Part shown: one piece after another, positions 40,900 through 53,736 of the stretch
Numbering within the stretch: position 1 is the stretch's first letter
How the letters are laid out: every line of letters starts with the position of its first letter
Notes under the pieces: generated by a model
Told to the model about the DNA's origin: nothing
The model's database searches: none
Seen by the model: only the letters and a program-made list of their open reading frames with translations
NCBI RefSeq assembly: GCF_000143415.4
Contig: NW_003314313.1
Span: 647,430 to 711,429 of the forward strand
DNA from: Selaginella moellendorffii
Taxonomy: Eukaryota; Plantae; Lycopodiophyta
Reading direction: 5' to 3'
Length of the DNA stretch: 64,000 bases
Made by a program: the position numbers and the translations under genes

Positions 40900-40971
40900 T
40901 ATCAGAGGGAGGTTTCGATCCTCCGACTTATGGGTTATGGGCCCACCACGCTTCCGCTGCACCACTCTGAT
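40900..40971 (-). tRNA. Initiator tRNA-Met (CAT)
   Basis: ATCAGAGTGGTGCAGCGGAAGCGTGGTGGGCCCATAACCCATAAGTCGGAGGATCGAAACCTCCCTCTGATA: A1-U72 pair, GGG/CCC anticodon stem, ATCGAAA T-loop, full cloverleaf with a few G-U pairs. Confidence 0.9.
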
Positions 40972-41206
40972 ATTTTGAAAGTGATCAATTTTTATTTTAA
41001 TTTGCCCAAGAACTTGCCCATTTTTATTGTACAGTTGTGATCCAAAACCCATAAAAACGAGTCAGATGTGTGTGGTACAACACTCCTCTCTCAAATTCAT
41101 CACCTGGAACCGTCTCCACAACAGAAATTGTCAGCCTCTTTGATTTATACCTGAATGATCTGTGCTCTTTTTTTCTTTCTTTCCTCTCAACTTGACAACC
41201 TTCGAG

Positions 41207-43252
41207 TTAATATACCGACCGTGACCGCAACTCTGCTGCCCTGTAGTGCTGCTGCTCTTGATGGACGCCTCTCGCTGACTTTGGTGGGCGATTTGTGGCG
41301 GCAGTGGTACTTGCCGCTCGCCGGTCCTGCGTGTGTAGTACAAGGAAAAGAAACCATCTTAGCTGCACTGCCAGTGACACAAGAATTGCAAGCACTTACG
41401 TCGCGATACGGGTACTCGTCCGCCTCGAGCATGTGAACGACGTGCCCCATCTTGGGCCGCTTCGACGAGTCCGGATCCACGCACCGCAGCGCCACCAGCA
41501 ACGCCCGCTTGAGCGCTCGCGACGCTGGTTTGGGCTCCAAGTTTGGGTCCGCTACTTCTTCCGAGCGCCTTTGCCCGACCATGAGCTTCAGCCAGTCCAC
41601 AAGATTAACCTGTCGTGAGCAAGCAATCCAGAGTCATACAGGTATCTCAGAGTGAATTTTATATGTACGTACCTCTGAAGGAGGCCGGCTATAGTCCACG
41701 GGATCTCTTCCGGTGACGACCTCCATGAGCAGGACACCGAAACTATACACGTCGCTTCGCTCGTTGAGCAATCCTGTGTTTGCATATTCTGGAGCGACAT
41801 ATCTGGAAAGATCAGAGTCACGCGCCATTCGTGAGACTGTCGAGAGAAGAAATGCTTGTGTACTAAGTTATATACCCGAACGTGCCCATGACTCTTGTAG
41901 TTACGTGGCTCTTGCCAGCTCCCAGGAGTTTCGCAAGCCCGAAGTCTGATATCCTGGCGTTGTAAGTTGAATCAATGAGTATGTTGCTTGATTTTATGTC
42001 CCTATGTACAACTTTGGGCTCCAAAGCTTCGTGCAGATATGCTAACCTGGCACGCAGAGAAGCAATCGAATCAAACAGCTGTGAGTAACTCGGGGTGGTC
42101 GAATAAACATAAGGCAAAGACTTACGCTTTGGCAGTCCCGAGAACAATTTTCATCCTTGCCTCCCACGTCAACGACTTTGTCCTCGAAATTGGCCCGTGG
42201 AGCCATTGCTCCAGATTCCCATTGTCTACGTACTCGTAAACCAGCATCCTTGCAGAGCTCAAAGTCAGCTAAAAGTCCAATCGGAAAACTATCTCACCTG
42301 TGACAGCCTTCAACGCAGTAGCCCAGCAAGCGAACAAGGTTTTTATGTCTCACTCGCCCGATTGCCTCCACCTCTACTCTAAACTCTTTCTCGGCTTGTC
42401 CTCTGCACAAACAAGAATTGGTAAAGTGCGGAGTAACAACAAAAAAATGGCCTACCTGTTGTTGAGCAAGTTCTTGACGGCAATCGGAGTCCCGTCCGGT
42501 AGCTTTCCTTTGTAGACAATCCCATAACCACCCTCCCCGAGAACGTTGCAGTCCGCAAAGCAGTGCGTGGCAGCATCCAATTCTCGCAGTGTGTACCAGT
42601 GCCCCCAACCCAAGTGTGAAACTTCCGCTGCTTTACTTCCACCTCGAGCTCCGGGAGAAGCTAGTCTCTCGGTGCTTGCCGGAGTGGAAGAATGCTGCGT
42701 TTGATCGGGAGAAGACGATGCTTGGTTTGATGGCAGCCCCCTCGAGCTCTCCTTTTCGATCTGAGTAGCACTCACACTCTGGTGTGAGACGCTCGCTGGG
42801 CTTCCTCTCTCGGGTGTGTCGCGGTGTGAGAGCGATTGCATCACGTAGCCAGCGGCATTGTCCCGGAATTTCCCACCCCTGGTGGTGGTGCTAAATCGTT
42901 TGCCTTGGTGGCGATCCTCCTCCACGGCACAGTCGACGTGAACGATGATCTTCTCCAGCCCCTTCTCCGGTGGCGAGACGCTCCTCGCCAGCGCCACTCC
43001 TCCTCCTCCATTGGTCGCCCTCTTGTGATGATCGACCTTGACCTCCTGGATCTCCTTTGATTCGCTGGGGATGTTGTGGAGCCGGAATTTGTCGTCGGTG
43101 TTCTTCTTTCTCGACACGAGCCACATCGAGAGAAAGAAGAGGATGAGGACGATGAACGCCCCGACGGCGATGCCCAGCACTACCCATAGCTTGAATCCAA
43201 AGATCACCGTGCGCCTGGACAGCTGATTCGTGAGGTAGCCGCCGCCTGCCAT
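41207..43252 (-). CDS. Membrane-anchored receptor-like Ser/Thr kinase (RLCK-V type), 7 exons: 43252-42456, 42402-42298, 42248-42126, 42046-41876, 41802-41673, 41609-41400, 41326-41207
   Basis: N-terminal TM ([18 protein letters not shown]), [39 protein letters not shown]; GT-AG introns keep the frame. Confidence 0.92.
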
Positions 43253-44416
43253 GGCCGATCGGTAATCCCGCTAGATCCAGAAAGAAAGAAAGAGGAGTCT
43301 TGCTCCTCACGCCGCTGCGTCAGAGACCCGATGCTCTGCCACACATCTTCCAACGTAAAATCTACCGGTCAGTCGCGCATTCTCGGGAGCGCCTCGCGAT
43401 GCTTACCCTGGACATCGCCGGAGATCGTCGCGGCCACAATGCGGCGCCGAGACTACATTGCAGAGGTCGCCGCCACCGCTGGAGGAATCGCTCGCGCTCC
43501 AGAGCTTACAGCTCCATCGATCGTCGCCAAGCGCGGCTAGGGCTCCGGAGGGCGCAGTGGACGACGATGGATCAATCCCCCTGACGAAGAACATAGAATA
43601 CCCACAGAATTAAAACAATTCTACCCCTAGGGTTTAACCTTAAACGGTTACAAGACCCGCACACGTGGCGCCACAAAAACCGTCCGATCCGATTTAACCG
43701 TCGTTAAGCCTAAACTTGGTAAATCTCCTTCACCGCCCTGCCACGATTTTCAAATGGGCGACATAAGGTAAAAGGAGAGATGCCCAAGATTCCAACGGAG
43801 TAAAAAATGCCGGCTTAGCTTCACGCTTTACCTCTGTTTAATCAAGAAGTGTGTGCGTAATTTCTTCTTGCCCGTTGAGAATCTAGTGGTACCCGGCCCG
43901 AGTAAAAATGGTGGGTTTTACCTGGGGTAACGGCTCCCGGAGGTGGCAGGTTCGATCCTCGCAGAGCATGATGGAAGCAATACCTTTCAAAGCGGAGGGT
44001 ATTTTCTACGCCTACGGTCACTGCCAGCTTTTCTTGTGGTGTGTGACAATATGATTCATTCATATGAAGGTCCGGTACATACATTGGCCTTGTTATGATT
44101 GGAACCAACGGCGGCTGAGCTGTCGTGACACGTCACCGTGACGTGGACGTAGCGTCGAGAAGAGTTCTAGAGCTTGACAGCCTACTGTCTATGGAAAGAA
44201 CCAAAAGTTTTCGATCCAAATTTTATAGCCTGAATGAAGTTTATTTTATTTTCTTGCCTGAAATTCGTAAAGGACAATATATAAATTATTCCTTGTCAAC
44301 AATAGATGGCATGATGTTGGCGTTTCAATGGAACTTCCACTTACCCAATCTCCAGTGCGTGGCTTGAAATCGCTTTAGAAAAGAAGATTGAAAAGGACCT
44401 TCATTGACGGGCAACG

Positions 44417-47184
44417 CTACGAGTGTGGCTTCTCCTGGAGAGAGACAAATTCCCACAGTGATTGAAACTCTGGCAGCTTTGAAGAATCGACACCAAGTTC
44501 ATCCAGTTTTCGGCCGTGTTCCTTCAAAGACAACAAAGCTCAGGCTTTTGGAAAAGAAAGACCAAGCTAGAATACCTGGACGTCCAGGAGGAGCTGCGCG
44601 CAGACTTTGTCCGTGTTTGAGATGTTGGCATCGTTTGCATCGGGTCCAGCGCCCGTTCTCTGCCGTGCTTGTCGAAATCTCAACAGGGATGACTCCGTTT
44701 TCCGTAGCTGGATTCCAATGAAAACAAAAGAAAACGATTGTCATTCTTCCCGTCACAGCTTTGTCAACGATGTTTACCCCTTCGACGAGATCCCGAATCT
44801 GCTGATCGTAGTTCTTTGTCACCTTCTTCGCCACAGAGTTAAGTATTTCCAAGCGGCAGGCATCTGACATGTAGGCGTTATGGTCTCCTTGAAGAAAAGC
44901 CTGCAAGTCCCAGCGAGAAAATATTAGACCGTGGAGAAAACTTTCGGGGACGAATCTGTACCCTCAGAGCTTGTAGAAGATTTGTTGCAACGTGTGAATG
45001 GTGAGTTGGAAGTGGCTTGATCGTCAAGCGGTACGTCGTTGTGATTCCTTTCAGATTTTTGAGCTCCTGAAAAAAAAACACACAAATTGTTAAGCGGACC
45101 AAGCACGCCTCCAGCCCATGGTACGAACCTCGACACACTTATCAGCCAGTGTGTCCGTCAGTACATCCGTGAGTACTGGAACAACGTCGAGAAGATTTTG
45201 CGCCGCGGAGAGAATGCTTTTTTGGGAGAGATTTGCCGAGGTTGGACCGAGAACTCCCAAAGCGTAATCTAAGTAGGATCCTGTAAGTTTTTTATGGAGA
45301 AGCTCAACGTCATGCCTGAGCTGCGGACAAAACAAACGTAAGACCAAGCAAAGCGCAAGTTTTATATACCAAAAGAATGTCTTCCGAAGACGCCGAAGTT
45401 GCCCACGAACTGGTATCAGCAGCACTTCGTGACGCCATACCAGCAGAAAGCCATCGTGCATACCTGCATATGCTTGTTATACTCGAGCAACGAAAGAATT
45501 ACGTAGTACCTGGAGATCAGCTGGAGGCTTAGTTTCAAAAACTTGTCCGAGAGTGATGAAACAAACACATTCTCATCCCAGCAACGCTGCAAACATTCAA
45601 GGAGCTTATCACTGGACTTGAATGCAAAATCGCTCTCCTGGCACCGTTTTAGGCCTTCAGTGAGTGTTTGATCAAAAGAGCTTGCAATTTCCTGAAAACT
45701 TTACGGGTCGAGTCTGAATGCATTGATAAGCTTCCAAAGTGAAAAACGTACCGCAGGGTAAAATAAGCTGGCAAGTTCCAAAGCTTCACGAATTCAGCAT
45801 AGCTTGCTTGAGAACGAAGAGCCAGAACCGCCGCTTGTGACTGGCAGTATCCTGAAATTGATATGCTTGAGTTGGTCTTTCTTAGCAAAACCCAAGCTAC
45901 ATACCTTCTACTACCGATAGAAACTTCAGGCTTGACTTGTAATTTGCCAAAAACTCTGCTGGTTTCCCAGGTGATAGTGCGCCAGGCTTGCCTGCCACTA
46001 TCGCTGAGCGCACTTCTTTAAGAATGGAGTTTCCAAGAAAATCGAACACATTAAGTCCAGAGTTTTCTGAAAAGAAACGAGACCATAAGAAAACGAGCGA
46101 AAAAAGAAAAACGCATTTGGAAAGCTTACCAGACGCTACGATATCCAACATGAACTTACAATCTCGAGCAATATGCGCCTCGACCTGTTTATAGTCTTCC
46201 TCCAGCTTGTCCGCAGCTCCTCCACCCACCAAGTCTTTGGAAGAATTCCCAGGAAAAATCCTGGAGACAAAAGGTGCCACAATTGTGATACGAAAAGCCT
46301 CTTCAGCTCCAGCAGTGTCGTCAATAGCCGCATAAGCACGTAGACAATGGTAGAGAACCTTCTCGTCACGCCTTTCCAGCCCCGTTTTAATACACTTCTC
46401 CAAGTTTTCTCTCAAGGAGGCATCGGCATTCTGGATCCTCTTTTCTATGGTTTTGATAAACGGCAAGTCCTGTAATGAAATGTTGACAAGAAAGATAAGT
46501 GTCACCTTTTCCGAAAAAGAGAACTTCACCTGGACGCGGGCAACATAGAACTTTAGACGATTCATCTCACTTGCAATTCGCTCCAACAATCGACTCCGTG
46601 GGTCGTCACCACTGTTGTCGACCGGATCCAGAGATCCTTCACTGCCACTCACTAGATTTCCATTGGAAATTCTATTTTCCTTGAGCTCCAGCAAGAGCTT
46701 CTCGATCTGCAAGCAAGCTAGGAATCGAAATAAAAGGACTCGTTCCACTCGATCTTACCTTGGAAACCACATGAGAGGTGTCGAGCAGCAACTCGAGAAT
46801 CTCCCGCGACGCGGAGGCCTCGGATCTCCGCTTGAGCGCGTCCTGGAGCGCGAGCAGCGCTCCATCGACACCATCGCGCACGGTGACGAGCTTACCTCGC
46901 AGCTCTTGCAATGGCGTGCGCATCCGGAGCACGGCACCGTCCACATCCACGAGCTGGGTGCTGAGGCTCACGAAATCGTTGTAATCCCTGTTGATGAGCT
47001 CGACGAGCTCGTTCTTGAGCGCTGCAAGGTGACTGCGCAGCTCGCCGCGCAGCGCCTCGAGCGGCACGAAGCTGCGCAGGCTGGAAATGTGGGCGTCGCA
47101 GTCGAAATCCGGATCCATGAATGCATCCTTCTTGAACCACAGCGGCAGTGGATCCGGATCATCGCCAAACAGCATCGACGCCAT
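44417..47184 (-). CDS. COG2: Conserved oligomeric Golgi complex subunit 2 (multi-exon)
   Basis: PLWFKKDAF, ELVELINRDYNDFVSLS, LERIASEMNRLKFY, WNLPAYFTLR, and C-terminal QLLLDVQ-EHGRKL..QSLWEFV; short GT-AG introns. Confidence 0.9.
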
Positions 47185-50100
47185 GCCCTCTAATAGCCCT
47201 AAAACCTCTTTTTTAAGTTTAGGTCAAGGTTTTGAGTTTAAACCTTTAATAAATCTTTCAACTTGAAATAGTTTGAGAATATTCTAAGAATGATCAAGGT
47301 TATTATTGTTAATAATTTTAAACCACATCACTAAGGACTCATTGTTGTTGGTTTATGCAATTGTGAAGGTTTGGAAAATGAAATTTTCACAAGGAAAATT
47401 TATATGATTCTTAAATTTTGAGATGAAGTAATTCGGATTTCTATGTAAAATGATTTTTAAATTTCTTATTTGTGATCAATTATAGACCTCTAGAAATATT
47501 ATATAGAATAGCAAATGACTTTATTTCTCTTTGAAAGATGTAAAATTTATTGATTTCCAAAATGGGAAAAATTTACATAATTTTTTCCATGCCACTGCAA
47601 ATTGATATAAATACAATTAGAGTTTTCCATAATTAATAGTTAGTTAATATCTTATATTTAGTTTATAATATATATATATATTATTAATCAGAAACCAATG
47701 ATAAGTATCACATTCTTTAAAATAAATAAATTTTTAATGATTTTCTATACTTATTGAATTGTTAGTTCTAGATAATTCATTGTTTTTTATAAATTATTAA
47801 TAAATAATTTGAGAGTTCTCTTGAAAAGCATGCAAACTAACCTTGTATCCCTTAAAATTTTTATCTAGTGAAAAATAATAGTGATTAATAAAAACAATAG
47901 TTTATTATTTATAATACATTTATCTCTATTTAAAGATATTAATAAATAACCATAATGAATAAACATAACTTTTATGTAATATGCAATGCTTTGCTTTCAA
48001 TAAATTTAAAAAGTTTGATATAATTGTATCAGCATATTATTTAATAGGTATCCTTGCATTTAAATTTTGGTATAATTATATTAACATACTTTTAGTATGT
48101 ATTAGGATATAATTCAATTTAGATTAAAATTAATAAAAAAATTATAAATTATTGAATTTGATTTAACAATCACAAAGTCAAAATGGTGCAACTAATAAAA
48201 ATAAAAGTAATATTATTAACTTGTGTACCATATAATAAAAACTATAAACAAAAACTTTATAATTAGGTTTATAAATAATTTATAGGGTTTTCCTATATTT
48301 TAAGTACTATATTATCTAATTAATAATTAAAATTTCTAATTTTTATAAAAGTATATCAAGTTTTAGTAGTAGCATAATAGTATTTAGTAATAAATATACC
48401 ATTTATATGAGAAAATATCCCACTTACACTAGCACTAATTCTATAATACTATTGAAGTTTTATCTTTAAAAATGTAATGAAATGTGACCATCATGGCAAA
48501 AAATATTATCAAATAAAAAATTTATAAAATAAATATTTTTCTTGAGTACAATAGACATATGTAATACCAATGAGTGAAAAATGTTAGATATTTTATAATA
48601 TTAATTAGTTAACAAAATTTTTAATTTAATAGAGAATTAATAATTAACGGATCTTAAAGTTGAGAAATGGATTTTTATTCTCTGCCGTTGAGGGATCCCA
48701 CCCTCAACAATCCTACTTGTTAAATATAGTTTGGGGTTTATCTATTTAATTTAGAATCAATAAATAGATTTAAGATATTTATTAAGGTTGAGTTTTTTTG
48801 TGACCATTATGTCAATTCTTTGCAAATTAAAGGTAAGTGAGGTTATTTTGATGTTGATAAGTTTATTATAGATTTATTTTTATCTATTTTTATTTAGTTT
48901 TATTTTCTTTTGAGAAAGAATATATCAATATTATGGACCATAGAAATATTTATAGAATATTCTATAGCCTAGGTTAGGATACCCTAATCTAGGGTTTAGT
49001 AAAATAGAATTTTATATCACTTTCTTTTAAAATTGAATGATTTTACCTAGAAAGATAATGTTAATCATCTCCTAGAAGTCAAGTAATATAAAATAACTTA
49101 ACCACACTGTGAGAAAAAGAAAAGAGAATACCAGTAAATCCGTGTATGATAATGTTGTCCATGCTTGGAATAATCTTCGCAAGTAACAGCGTTGGTGCTA
49201 GTACACTTCAAATCCATTTTGCTAACTCAAAGTATGACCAAATTCAATACCCAATCATCCAAGTTGATTGATCATTCATTTTTTGTATAATCATGATTCT
49301 TTGTCTTCTTTATATTTTCATTAATAGTTTTTGGTGCATTTATTTATGAGATCACCTCAATTGGATAAAATAAATTAAAAGGGTTCTCATGGCAATGGTT
49401 TAAAAGACACTATTTCACTATAGCCTCCCAAATAATTATGATGTAATTTATGTAGCACTCGTTCTTCTTTATAAGATCGAAGTCCTCAAATAAAATGGTC
49501 TACTCTTCAGCATGAATAACATAATTAATAATTTTAATTTTTTGTATTAGTATTTATATTTAAAAATATTATAATATAATTCTAAAAGAAGTAAAGATGA
49601 ATATTGATTTTAAGTATTTACTAAAAAAGTTATTCTTTTATATTATTAATTTTTATTAAACATTTAGAATTATACTTTCTTATTTATAAGTTTCTTAAAA
49701 TGTATTTGTATTTTGTATGCTTGAGTATACTTAATCGATAATAAAAACTCTTTTTGACCTTGTTAAATTTCTTATTATTGTTTTTTATTTGATTCACATT
49801 GAAATATATCAGCTTGTCATTGCAAAATATAAAGATTATATTTGAGATCCATTTATTAACAAAATAAAACTATAATACTATGAAACACTTCAAAATAGTT
49901 TTTTCTTCCTTTAGATTGTAGTGAAAGACTTTAATTTTAATCATTTAGTTTTACCTCGGGTTCATAAAGCAATCTGGAGGTCGTCAGTACGGTACCGCGT
50001 ACCGGTGTTGAAAGCTTTGCAGCAGCTTGTAGCCCACGCCCACGCACAACAGCGACGCCCGCCACGCCACTTCGCGCAGCAGCCAGCCAGGAGGACCTTT

Positions 50101-50425
50101 GCTGGATTTCACCCTCTCCTGCTCAATTTCTTTCCCAAGGCTAATCCAAACAAGCACGCGGACATCATGGGTTGAAACTTGGGGTGGCGAGAAAATGCTG
50201 TGAAAAAATCAGTGTGAACTGACACAGACCACTTTGATCTTTGACCTCATCGCTTCCATGATCATGGCCTGATCTTGGCTTCCGCTACAACAAGAAAACT
50301 AATGCCAATTAAGGGGCTCCGCTCCGCCTCCGCCGGTGGTTCCCTGGCGTCGCCGCCGGTTGGAGGCGCATAATGATAACCCGCCAGTTTTCGCGGGATT
50401 TTGCAGCGCGCGGGCAACGGCGGTG

Positions 50426-50456
50426 GAATATACTCCCGCGACGCTGTGGAATATAC
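50426..50456 (+). promoter_or_regulatory. Two tandem P1BS-type sites (GNATATNC) upstream of the subtilase
   Basis: GAATATAC at 50426-50433 and 50449-50456; TATA-like TATAAAA at 50711. Confidence 0.5.
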
Positions 50457-50900
50457 CGTGCCGCGGGTGCTTTCTTGTGATGGATCCGCGCGAGATTGTT
50501 GTGCTTCTGTGTGCGAGTGTGAGTGGCGTCGCCTTTTCTTTTTCCCTTTAACTTTTTCCTGGGCACAGACTCATCATCCATTGCTCGCATTCTCGCGGCG
50601 TCCGTTTCCTCGTTGCCGTGTGTTGTTCCGTTCCGAGAGAGGGCCCCATTCTCCACCGATTTGATTTTCCTTCCACATTGTTCTTCTTCTTCTTTGCTTT
50701 CTCTTTTCCCTATAAAATATTCTAGGCATTCCAGTGCGAGCACCACCACCGACACTCATCGATCTCATTCATTCATTCGCCTCCTCCAAATGCCTCCCGT
50801 CTTTGCTCCTTCGTGTCTCTCCCCGAGAGTTCTTCGCTCCCCCGTCGAGTAAGCTCTCCAGCTTGTAGTTGCGTGTGATTCTTCCGCGGGATTGGCTGAG

Positions 50901-53288
50901 ATGGGCTCTCTCCTCTTCGCATTGGGTCTCGGGATCGCCGCTTCTTTGCTGGGATCGATCGCTCCATTGGCGGTGGCGGCGGCGGTGGCGGCGGCGCAAG
51001 AGCCCGCCGCCAGGAGCTACATTGTCCATATGGACAACTCCCAAATGCCCGATTCCTTCCAGCACCACCAGCATTGGTACGCATCGCTCGTAGCATCCGC
51101 CAAAGATGCCACCACTGATTCCATCTCTTCCTCCTCCGCCACCACCATCTCGGACGATCTCCTCCTCCACGTCTACGACACGGTCCTCCACGGCTTCTCC
51201 GCCGTACTCACTCCCACACAGGCCGAGGCTATCCAGCGCCTCCCCGGATTTGTGGCCATGGTCCAAGATGCCAAGAAGGAGCTCCACACTACCCACAGCC
51301 CGGGCTTCCTCCATCTCAACTCCAGCTACGGGCTATGGCCCAAATCCAAGTACGGCGACGACGTCATCATCGGCGTGTTCGATACCGGCGTCTGGCCGGA
51401 GAGCGCGAGCTTCAGCGACCACCGGATGTCCGCGATTCCCTCCAAATGGAAGGGCATATGCCAGACCGGTCCCGGGTTCGAATCCACCGCTTGCAACAAG
51501 AAGCTGATTGGCGCGCGCTACTTCTTCCGCGGCTACGAGGCGATGAGCGGGCCAATCAACGGCAGCACCGAGTTTAAATCGCCGCGCGACTCGGACGGCC
51601 ACGGCACCCATACCGCCAGCACCGCCGGCGGGAGGTACGTGTACCGCGCGGACATGCTAGGGTTTGCCAGCGGTACCGCCGAGGGGATGGCGCCAAAGGC
51701 CCGCATTGCCGTGTACAAGGTGTGCTGGACGTCCGGCTGCTTTGATTCGGATATTCTGGCGGCGTTCGATACCGCCGTGGCGGACGGCGTGGATGTGATC
51801 TCGCTGTCCGTGGGCGGCGGCGTCATGCCGTACCGCATGGACAGCATCGCGCTGGGGGCATTTGGCGCCATGACGCGCGGCGTGTTCGTTGCCACGTCAG
51901 GCGGCAACCAGGGGCCAGGTCAGCTGTCCGTGACCAACGTGGCGCCGTGGATCGCTACCATTGGTGCCAGCACAATGGACCGGGCATTTCCCGCCACTGT
52001 CAAGCTCGGCAATGGCGAGTCCTACAAGGGCGTGTCGCTCTACAGCGGCAAGGGTTTCGCGGCCGGGGAGGAGATCCCGCTCGTCTACTCCGCCGACGCT
52101 TCTGTGGGCAAGAACGGCAGCGATTCCTACTCGGCGAGCCTGTGCCTGGCCGGATCGCTGGATCCCAAGCTCGTCCGGGGCAAGATTGTGCTGTGCGATC
52201 GAGGTAACAATGCCAGGGTGGAGAAGGGGGGCGTGGTTCTCGCCGCCGGCGGCCGCGGGATGATCCTCTCGAACTCCCCCACCGATGGCGAGGGTCTGAT
52301 CGCCGACAGCCATCTCCTTCCAGCTACCGCCGTCGGCAATGCCGCTGGAAGTTCTATCAAGAACTACATCAAATCGGCGAAATCTCCAGTCGCGAGCATC
52401 AAATTCCTGGGCACGGTTCTAGGGACTTCCCCAGCGCCGGTAGTGGCATCGTTCTCCTCCAGGGGCCCCAATCCAGAGACGCCCGAGATCCTCAAGCCGG
52501 ACATGATCGCTCCCGGGGTGAACATCCTGGCGGCGTGGACGGGCGCCGCGGGGCCGACTGGATTGGCATCCGACACTCGCAAGGTCCGATTCAACATCAT
52601 CAGCGGCACATCCATGGCCTGCCCACACGTCAGTGGATTGGCGGCGCTGCTCAGGGGCGCTCACCCGGATTGGAGCCCCGCCGCGATCAAATCCGCGCTC
52701 ATGACCACCGCCTCTCTCGTGGACAACACCAAGAACATCATGTCCGACGAGGCCACCGGCAACGTGTCAACGCCGTTTGACTTTGGGTCGGGGCTGGTCA
52801 ACCCCGAGACGGCCATGGATCCGGGGCTGGTCTACGATCTGGGCAGGGAGGATTACATCGAGTTCCTGTGCAGCCTCAACTATTCGTCCAAGGACTTGAG
52901 GATGGTGACGAGATCCAAGGCCTCTTGCCCGAAGAGCGTGCCCAAGACGAGCGATCTAAACTATCCGTCCTTCTCGGCGGTGTTTGATCAGAGCGTCAAG
53001 GGGCCGATGAAGATGAGTTTCAAGAGGACGGTGACGAATGTGGGATCGCCCAAGGCGGAGTACGTTGCGAGCGTTTTGGTGCCCAAAGGAATCGAGGCGA
53101 GCGTGGTGCCCAAGAGGCTCTTGTTCTCGGAGCTCAACCAGAAGTTGAGCTACACGCTGACGATCAGCGCGCCGAGAGCGGCGGTGGTGCCCGGGGATAT
53201 CGAGACGGTGTTTGGGCTCTTGACGTGGTCGGATAGCCAGCGGATGGTGAGAAGCCCGATCGCGATCAGTCGCCAGGAGCCGTATTGA
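50901..53288 (+). CDS. Subtilisin-like serine protease (SBT1-type), intronless, 795 aa
   Basis: Signal peptide, I9 propeptide (YIVHM..HGFSA..LHTTHS), catalytic DTG, HGTH and GTSM, PA domain, C-terminal DLNYPSF/RTVTNVG. First ATG is 50901; the ORF track starts at a TTG. Confidence 0.96.
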   Translation: MGSLLFALGLGIAASLLGSIAPLAVAAAVAAAQEPAARSYIVHMDNSQMPDSFQHHQHWYASLVASAKDATTDSISSSSATTISDDLLLHVYDTVLHGFSAVLTPTQAEAIQRLPGFVAMVQDAKKELHTTHSPGFLHLNSSYGLWPKSKYGDDVIIGVFDTGVWPESASFSDHRMSAIPSKWKGICQTGPGFESTACNKKLIGARYFFRGYEAMSGPINGSTEFKSPRDSDGHGTHTASTAGGRYVYRADMLGFASGTAEGMAPKARIAVYKVCWTSGCFDSDILAAFDTAVADGVDVISLSVGGGVMPYRMDSIALGAFGAMTRGVFVATSGGNQGPGQLSVTNVAPWIATIGASTMDRAFPATVKLGNGESYKGVSLYSGKGFAAGEEIPLVYSADASVGKNGSDSYSASLCLAGSLDPKLVRGKIVLCDRGNNARVEKGGVVLAAGGRGMILSNSPTDGEGLIADSHLLPATAVGNAAGSSIKNYIKSAKSPVASIKFLGTVLGTSPAPVVASFSSRGPNPETPEILKPDMIAPGVNILAAWTGAAGPTGLASDTRKVRFNIISGTSMACPHVSGLAALLRGAHPDWSPAAIKSALMTTASLVDNTKNIMSDEATGNVSTPFDFGSGLVNPETAMDPGLVYDLGREDYIEFLCSLNYSSKDLRMVTRSKASCPKSVPKTSDLNYPSFSAVFDQSVKGPMKMSFKRTVTNVGSPKAEYVASVLVPKGIEASVVPKRLLFSELNQKLSYTLTISAPRAAVVPGDIETVFGLLTWSDSQRMVRSPIAISRQEPY

Positions 53289-53650
53289 TCGATCCATCAG
53301 TCGGTGGTGATCGCCAGCGAAAGTTTCGATCGACCACACCAGCAAAGTTAGTAGAAGGAGGCATTCAAGAACAACCAACGAGGAACAATCTGGTTTGCTG
53401 TCTTCACTTTTTCTTTCCAGCTTGTTTAGATGCTTGCTGCTCAAGCGTGTCAATGAATCGAGCACAGCAAAGAGCAAAGTGACTTTGTAAATTTTCGACG
53501 GATTGTGGGGAATCTTCAAAGGCTGCTTTTGTGCGTTGTTCTTGTGTGTGTGATCGCCATAACTATAGAGTACGAGAAAGTGGTCTTCCTTCCAAATGGA
53601 AGGAATAAAGCGTTAAAGGAGAAAAAAGAAAAGCCCTAAAGTAATGTTCT

Positions 53651-53706
53651 GCCACGTGGCATGTTATTTTATTTACACGTGGGTAGAATTTAGGGGTACA
53701 CGTGGC
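53651..53706 (+). promoter_or_regulatory. Cluster of three G-box/ABRE cores
   Basis: GCCACGTGGC (53651), CACGTG (53676) and CACGTGGC (53699), within 90 bp of the ATG at 53737. Confidence 0.5.
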
Positions 53707-53736
53707 GCTAGGGCTTTGTGAATTTTGATTCTTGGC

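Noticed and set aside
43860-43970. tRNA- or SINE-like GGCAGGTTCGATCC motif
   Set aside because: B-box-like only; I could find no cloverleaf, clear A box, tail or TSD.
50769-53519. Many antisense and alternate-frame ORFs over the subtilase (likewise over COG2, the kinase and the GSTs)
   Set aside because: Expected shadow ORFs in GC-rich coding sequence; no independent motifs.
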